This document shows positions 40,172 to 64,000 of a stretch of 64,000 nt of DNA, one piece after another. The position numbers and the translations under genes were made by a program. Location: NCBI RefSeq assembly GCF_009914755.1, contig NC_060930.1; one strand, given 5' to 3'. The notes beneath the pieces were generated by a model that made no database searches, had not been told where the DNA came from, and worked only from the letters and a program-made list of their open reading frames with translations. Numbering within the stretch: position 1 is the stretch's first letter; each line of letters opens with the position of its first letter. Source of the stretch: the human T2T-CHM13v2.0 reference genome, Homo sapiens.

Positions 40172-40286
40172 TTTCTACTGTTGCTCCTTCGTTTGGATTT
40201 GAATATCCCTCTCCTTTCCGTTTGGTTCTCCGGATAATGCCTCCATCTTCAAATAAATCCTCTCCTTTGAAATCAAGGAGCTCAAT
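40172..40286 (-). CDS. FKBP5: FKBP5 exon 5 (115 nt, aa 132-170, FK1/FK2 linker)
   Basis: [38 protein letters not shown]; TAG acceptor, A|GTAAGT donor. Confidence 0.98.
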
Positions 40287-41207
40287 CTAGAAAGAAAAAA
40301 GGAATTCAGCTGAGAAAAGACCAAATAAAGCCAACTGAACATATGTGAAGGCAAGGGCAACCAATTATTTCATTTTACAAAATAAAGCTGTTTTAAAATA
40401 TATACATTCATTTATGCATCTTAATTATTGGAAAAGTAGCAAAAAAAAAAAAACCCACTATACTTTTCCATACTTGGAAAGAATTTCATGTAATGCTAAT
40501 GTCTAGAACTATATCCTAAGGGACTGCAGTGCAAAGATAGGAAATACTAGGAAAACTACCCTGTGGGCAAAAAGCCAGAGCTACAAGGTGCTGGTGTAGA
40601 ACTATTTTGTTTGAGGCCACAACTTTCCCATCCTGGGTTTATGGAGTTCCCTTCTCAAAATGTAAGAATAAATCTCATGGATGTGACCTACGACTGATTA
40701 AAGGTGTATTTTACCTAGCTGGGGTGGTTCTTAAAAATCAAGTTTTGCCAAATATATGTAATTCAACATAGGATGAATAATGTTTTATCACCACCAACGG
40801 CTTCTAGAGAAGTGAGATCTGTGACACATAAATTTTTATAATATGTAAATACCCCGCAACGTGACATAGGCATATTTCAACATTTATCGCCAACATTTCC
40901 ATCCTGTACTCTGGTCAATTTTGAGTATGTCACACTCACACCATGGACCAGAATCTTTATTTCTAAGTGTAGCGTCTTTTGTTTATTTGGATATGACCTT
41001 TTTGTGCTAGAAACACGTTTCTAAGAAAGCACTGGCACGCGCACCCTTGGGTTTGTGGGAAACAATTCAAGAAGCCATGCTCCAAAATAAGTAAGTTGGA
41101 TCTGATTCTCTATAGCAAGCTTAGCTCCTTTTCCCACTGCCTGTTGCTTCAAAGCCATTCCTATTGTAGAGCAGATGCTGACAAGGCAACATCACACACA
41201 TACTTGC

Positions 41208-41350
41208 CTCAAAAAAGAGAGTTGCATTCGAGGGAATTTTAGGGAGACTGCCAGCCGAGCCATATGCATATTCTGGTTTGCACAGTAAATGGCATATCTC
41301 TCCTTTCTTCATGGTAGCCACCCCAATGTCCCATGCCTTGATGACTTGGC
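41208..41350 (-). CDS. FKBP5: FKBP5 exon 4 (143 nt, aa 84-131, FK1); GC donor
   Basis: [48 protein letters not shown]; donor GAG|GCAAGT is required to keep frame with exon 5. Confidence 0.97.
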
Positions 41351-41549
41351 CTAAGGGAAAGGAAAAGGTAGTTGAAAGCTATAAGCCCTATTTAAAAAGA
41401 TTTAACTTTCATAAAACCAAAGTTCTAATTTCCAGTTTTTCATACTACATACTCAGCTAGAAAGTATGGGCTACAAGATGACAGAGTGCTACATACAAAT
41501 AAATAAATTATTTTTTTTGAAGGCTATCACAAAAGATTCCCTGTTGATC

Positions 41550-47153
<5,604 letters not shown>

Positions 47154-47574
47154 ACGTCAATTTATTCTTACACTTGATCTGGACTTCAGTTTTACTAGCT
47201 TATACACAATTTATCAATTTCAGGAGTCTTATTCCATTTGTAATAAAATATAAAACAAGAATATATATGTATACAAATGTATAATATAGCTATTACTAAA
47301 TTTAAATGCTTTTTATACGTATGTAACTATAGGCAGGTGAAAAAGTTTAAAAGCATACAAAGCCCAGTATAAAAGCAATGCATTATACTTTTTCTTCCTT
47401 CTGTAATGTTACACTTTTTTCTGGTTTAAAAAAATTATATAACATATTTTAAGATACAACATTTTAATCACTTAACAGTTTCATTTATAGTAAAGACTAT
47501 AGTGACCACTTCAGAACATTCTGACTACATAATGTTTTCTCCTTGAGTTTTAAAAAAAACGCTTAATTGTGGGG

Positions 47575-56531
<8,957 letters not shown>

Positions 56532-56577
56532 GGCATTTGAAAATAATTTAGTAAAAATCATACTTAATACTTGAAAA

Positions 56578-57980
56578 TAGTAGTTCTCAACCTTTTTTCC
56601 TCAGGACCCCTTAACATCTTAAAAATTGAGGACTCCAAAGAACTTGTTTATTTGACATATCTACTGAGATTTAGTAAAAAAGTAGTTATTTAATAATTCA
56701 TTTTAGAATAACCCCATGTTAATATAAGTAATTTAATTTTGTACAAAGTATTTGTATATTTTGTATTTTCCAAAATAAAAAAAAAATTAGTGAGACGAGT
56801 GTCATTGTTTTAGAATGTTATACATGTGGAAATGTGTTTGACTTGTAACACGAGACAACCAGATTCTCCTATTTCTGCATTCATCTGTTGCAATTTTGGT
56901 TGAAGTACATAGAGAAGAAAATCCAAACCCACAAAGATAGATAGTTGAAAAGGGTAGGAGCCCTTTAACAACCTTTTAGATAATTGTGAATATAATTATC
57001 TGATACTACATCAAAACTGTACAACTTGTAAGATTCATAAAAGTCAATTACAATGTGGAAACTGAAAGTGTATCAGTGAACTTTTCATACTGTTACATTA
57101 AAATCTGTTGGTCTAACTTTGAATGAATTGTTTATTCACACATGATCTTGTAACATCTTGCATTGGTCACTGAGAAAATATTCATTCTTAGTTATACAGA
57201 TCTTCCAAATGTGGACACATTTCATTGTATATTTAAAACCACATTCATTAATACCCACCAATCTCATCAGAAAAGTCTTCGGAAGCTGTCAAGCCCACAG
57301 TGGCAAATAAGCCCACAGTGGCAAATAGGAGTTCTCCTAAACTATAATTTTTACTTGAAAACTTAATGGCAAAAAACATTGTCAGTTGTTTTTCCTTGAA
57401 ATGACAGACTTACTCCATTCATTCTCAGAAAAACACCTGCCAAATACTGAATCAAGTCTGCATAATCAGATTTGCCCTTTCAAGTAAAAATGGTATCTCA
57501 TGAAATAAATGCAGTTAGTTCAGATCTCAACTAAAACAAGAGCACAAGTACTTTTCCTTGAGACAACCATCATACTTTGGGGGACAGAAGTGCTCTACAC
57601 GTGCTTCCCTTTCTGTCACAGAATATCAAAGTGATGTGAAACTCAAAGATTGGGTTTCAATAAAACTAATAATTTTTACTGCTTTATCAGGACATTTTTA
57701 CGTGAAACTAGCTTTTTCCCTTATGTAAATAGTGAAGGAGTGGCAGTGGAAAATACCATGACTACTGGAACAGCTGGTTACCACTGCCTTGATTTGTGTT
57801 AAGGAACCAGCAGTTTTTTTACAACTGCAGCTTTTGTACCATCAGTGCAAATAAATGTCAATACAGTAAAATGGCAAATAATATCTTAGTATTGTTATGA
57901 AAATAAATGACATTTGGGACCCCCTAAAAAGATCTCAGGGAGCCCTAGGGATTCTCAGACCATTCTTTGAGTACTACTAC
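56578..57980. mobile_element. Charlie1-family hAT DNA transposon (about 1.4 kb)
   Basis: Terminal TAGTAGTTCTCAAC...TTGAGTACTAC; subterminal CTCAGGACCCCTT...GAGGACTCCAAAG; internal 18-bp tandem duplication at 57291-57326. Confidence 0.7.
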
Positions 57981-58084
57981 TCTAAAATTTCTTTACTTTT
58001 AGAAAGGATAGAATCCTCTGCTCCTATATATTACAAATAGTAATAAAGCTAAGTAAAACACAACTCAAAAAAATACCCTCTTAC

Positions 58085-58229
58085 CTTTGCCAAGACTAAA
58101 GACAAATGGTTCATTTCTATCATGACTGGAATCAAACTTCTTTCCATTTGACAATTTTCCTTTGTAATGGACATAAACTTTGTCTCCAATCATCGGCGTT
58201 TCCTCACCATTCCCCACTCTTTTGACAAT
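58085..58229 (-). CDS. FKBP5: FKBP5 exon 3 (145 nt, aa 36-84, FK1 PPIase domain)
   Basis: [49 protein letters not shown]; TAG acceptor, AAG|GTAAG donor. Confidence 0.98.
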
Positions 58230-58524
58230 CTAGAAAAGACAAACATTAAGAAAAAGGAGGTCAAACTTTTTACTTGTAATCAGAGAATAAAAAGGTCACA
58301 CAGTCCATCCCAAGACATCCAGGCAGATATGCAAATATACTATTATCCATTCTTTCTAATGCCTCCCTTCATTCCTCACAATAACTCATTGTTAGAAAAC
58401 TGTCCTTTACCAACTTGTCTTTTATGTTATATCTACTTTTATTGCTAATCGCACTATTTATTCCTTCAAAGAATTAACCAATAAATCCTGTTCGTTGGTT
58501 TAATGCCCTATATTTTGACAGTAA

Positions 58525-58812
<288 letters not shown>

Positions 58813-60863
58813 TGAGCCACCGCGCCCGACACTAAACTCTCTAACACAGGCTTGTGAGCTAGTCCATATACACACGGACTTAGACCAGAAAGAATGGTGG
58901 ACTTTTAAAATATTCAAAAAGAAGCTTAAGCAAAGCTTCAAAGGTGTAATTTTATTTCCCTCCTTTGCTAAAAACATTAGCTCCTGACTAGATTCTGCTT
59001 GTTTATTTTCAGAAAGCCCAATTTCCTGGTAAAACAGGTTACATTTCCTATTATTTGAAACATAGTCTATCTGTAAAAAACATGAGTATCATTGCACTGC
59101 TTGATATGATACTGAATAACTTGTTTTCTAGTAAAGTATTTAACTACTGTAAAATCCAGTGTATTTATTTTGTTCTTGGCAGAGCAAGCTGCTAATGTAT
59201 TTGGTCAGTTCTGGGAAAAGAAAATCAAACCCAGGTGTGTGATGGTGTAATTTGTTAATTTGTAATCTATGCCAAATTAATCATTTTTGGTAGATAACAG
59301 AGGATGGTAGCTAACATCTGATGAACATCTTTTTGGGGAAGGAGTTTGCTTTGAGTTTTATTTAAATAATTCGATTATTTGCTCCTAAATTCTTTTTTTA
59401 CAAGTATACCGTCCACCTAACATAAATATCACATAAACACTGTGAACTTAAATTCCACAGCTTTCTTAACTCAAAAGCCCAAACATCTTTATTTTATTTT
59501 TTGAGACAGGGTCTTGCTCTTTTACCCAGGCTAGAGTGCATGCGGTGGTACAATCATAGCTCACTGTAGCCTCTATCACTCAGCTCAAGTGATCATCCCA
59601 CCTCAGCCTCCCGAGTAGCAGAGACTACAGGCACATGCCACCACGCCTGGCAAATTTTTTTATTTTTAGTAGAGATGAGATCTTGCTACATTGCCCAGGC
59701 TGGTTTGGAACTCCTGAGTTCCAATGATTCTCCCGCCTCAGCCTCCTAAAGTGCTGAGATTACTGGTATAAGCTATCGCACCCAGCCCCAAATATTCTTT
59801 AAAGGCAAAGAAACACTACTGCCCTTCTAGGACTTCAAAAGAAAAAAAAAGTCTCAAAACATTAATCTAAAAGATATTACACAATATTCTACAAGTGCTC
59901 ATGTTCACGAACTGCATGTGGTATTTGGGAGGCTATGCTCAACTGTAAGCCTCACGTGGAAGGAATCTGCATTTCTAGGACTATAAACAGTAACTGGGCA
60001 TGTGGGATGAATGGCTACCAGAGAGTCAGAGAGCCATCCACACCAGCAAGTGGTACTATGGTATCACTTCAGGCTTCCCTAGCAAGATGAATTTGTACCT
60101 AAATCTAGAGTTGCCTTAAGAACACAATCTAGGTTCTATTCATTTTTAAAATATAAATCCATCTTTTATCTTCCTCAGATAGTTACTGAATTTCCAAACC
60201 AGCACTGGTTCTTTTTTTAAAAATACGTAATAGTTAATAAGATAGATTACTATAGGACAGGCACTATGCTAAGTGCTTCACCTAATCCTAATAACTCTAT
60301 GAGGTTGATGGCATTATTATTCTAATTTTACAAACAGGAACTTAATCACAGAGAGGTTAACTAAATTGCCCTAGCTTGCACAGTTACTAGACCTATTTAA
60401 ATCTTAACCAAAAGCCTCATGGTGAAATCCGAGGCTCTAGACAATGATAAATGATATAATTTAAAGGGCTTCAAATCTCAAATGTTTCTTAATAAGCCTA
60501 AAAATCTTGCAATTAGATTTACTCCCTAGAACAGAACAGGGTCTGAGGCAAGTTGGGGATCATGTTCTCTGGGCATGGGCACTCTGAAAAGATGAAAGGG
60601 TAAGTCGTAAACAGAGGCAGGGAGATGCTGAGGACAGCCTGCAAAGTCTCCACTGTTTCTAGAAGCTTCCTGGAATTTAGGATGAGTAACTATAGCTACA
60701 AGGTTGAGAAGCCTTCTAAAAAAAGACAATAGGATGTAAATCTATAGCATAAAGCCCTTATTCTATAGCTGCAAGTCCCCAAAATTTGACTTAGCACATA
60801 ATAGCAATTCACATATATTCAGAAGAGATCCAGGCACAGAAGGCTTTCACATAAGCAAAGTTA

Positions 60864-60864
60864 C
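60864..60864 (+). other. Site matching rs1360780, C allele
   Basis: Context GGCTTTCACATAAGCAAAGTTA[C]ACAAAACAAAAATTCTTAC in intron 2 matches the recalled SNP flank. Confidence 0.85.
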
Positions 60865-61184
60865 ACAAAACAAAAATTCTTACTTGCTACTGCTGGCACA
60901 AGAGATATTAAAACTCAGCATCCTGGTAATATTCAGAATGCATCAGATAATCTTTTCAGGAAAAACAAAACTTAACTATACAAAACTTACATGTGTTAAC
61001 AATGGTGTAGGAGAAATAACTATTTAATGTGACTAAAGCCACTTAACCTTTCTCAGATTCAGTTTATTCACTTATAAGATGGAAGAATCAAGAGATGCTC
61101 TGATTGTCTCACCACATTGTTGTAAGAAACAAAACAAAAGAAATGCACGTGAAAATGATTAACTATAGAGTGAAGAAACACACA

Positions 61185-62671
<1,487 letters not shown>

Positions 62672-62770
62672 TATAGTGCTTTAATAAGTAGGAAAGCTAA
62701 TTCAAAAGTAAGATATATTCTAAGAGGAAATCGCAAAAGATATCTTCACTGTACACAGGAACAATATTTA

Positions 62771-63130
<360 letters not shown>

Positions 63131-63789
63131 TTAGCTTTTCTTTCCTTAAAAAGTCTTCAAAATTGTCATTAGCTAGCTTTAGTGTACTAAAAGGATACAT
63201 TAAAATAGTAACCTATTTGTATACTCTGAGAATAGGGAAATATAGCCCTTTAGAGTGAGATATAACTTGGACCTGAACCCCAGGTAAATCTGCATTACTA
63301 AGATATATGATATTAGGCAAGTTAATTTACCTAGCCCAGTCTCAATTTCAACATCTATAATCTGGGATTAAAAATTAAAATCTCTAGCTGGGCACAGTGG
63401 CTCGTGCCTATAATCCCAGCTACTCAGAAGGCTGAGGTGGGAGGATTGCTTGAGGCCAGGATTTCAAGACTTGCCTGAGCAACATAATGAGATGCCCTCT
63501 CTCAAAAATTTAATTAATTAATTTAAAAAGAAAATCCCAGCTACTCAGGAAGCTGAGATGGGAAGATCACTTGAACCCAGGAGCTCAAGACCAGCCTGGG
63601 AAACATAACGAGACTCAACTCTTAAAAAAAACCTTGAAGTTATGAAGACAAAATGAGAATCTAGCTCTAGTGTTTGGCACTTAGTAACCATCAATAAACA
63701 TTATCCACCCCAGCCCCCCTCAGAAAGAGATGCTATAATCTTTCCAGACAGCAGGTTTCCTTGTATGTCACTCAGCTTTGTGGCCTCAC

Positions 63790-63894
63790 CTTTAATACTC
63801 CCCTGTCTTTTTTGGAGGTAATATCCTCTCCCTGCTCAGCAACAGTGGCTGTGGGGCTTTCTTCATTGTTCTTGGCACCTTCATCAGTAGTCAT
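63790..63894 (-). CDS. FKBP5: FKBP5 exon 2 coding part (aa 1-35); exon spans 63790-63913 with 19 nt of 5'UTR
   Basis: Reverse complement reads [37 protein letters not shown] acceptor at 63914-63915, donor AAG|GTGAG, 105 nt coding, A at -3 of the ATG. Not in the supplied ORF track. Confidence 0.98.
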
Positions 63895-64000
63895 TGTCTT
63901 TTAAGTAGAGAACCTGGTAAGAAGAAAAATATTTTAGCTGGGAAAAATATCACTTCTTTATGAATCTTGAATGCCCCTGGGAACTGAGCTCTACCTAACC

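Overview
Human (primate) genomic DNA covering most of FKBP5 (FKBP51, the Hsp90 co-chaperone/PPIase) on the minus strand. Coding exons 2-9 (residues 1-342 of 457) were reconstructed from the sequence with consistent phases and splice sites; intron 4 is a GC-AG intron. The window holds the known steroid-response enhancers in introns 2, 5 and 7 (including the perfect palindrome AGAACAcccTGTTCT) and a site matching the rs1360780 context with C. It also contains an RPL36 processed pseudogene nested in an L1, a 3'-truncated U6 copy, Tigger3, Charlie1, MER20 and MER58 DNA transposons, MaLR LTRs and roughly 55 Alus. Most ORFs in the supplied track are Alu or L1 translation noise. I see no evidence for a new multi-gene system. 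The best unexplained signals are: (1) an exact 42-bp non-TE direct repeat bracketing the intron-5 GRE enhancer; (2) exons 4-5 flanked by inverted Alus, which would give a 258-nt stop-free circle with a good Kozak ATG; (3) tightly apposed inverted AluYs and a pair of AluYs sharing rare variants; (4) the intron-2 enhancer region lying inside a Tigger3 transposon. Repeat subfamily names and SNP/CpG identities are from recall and need database confirmation.
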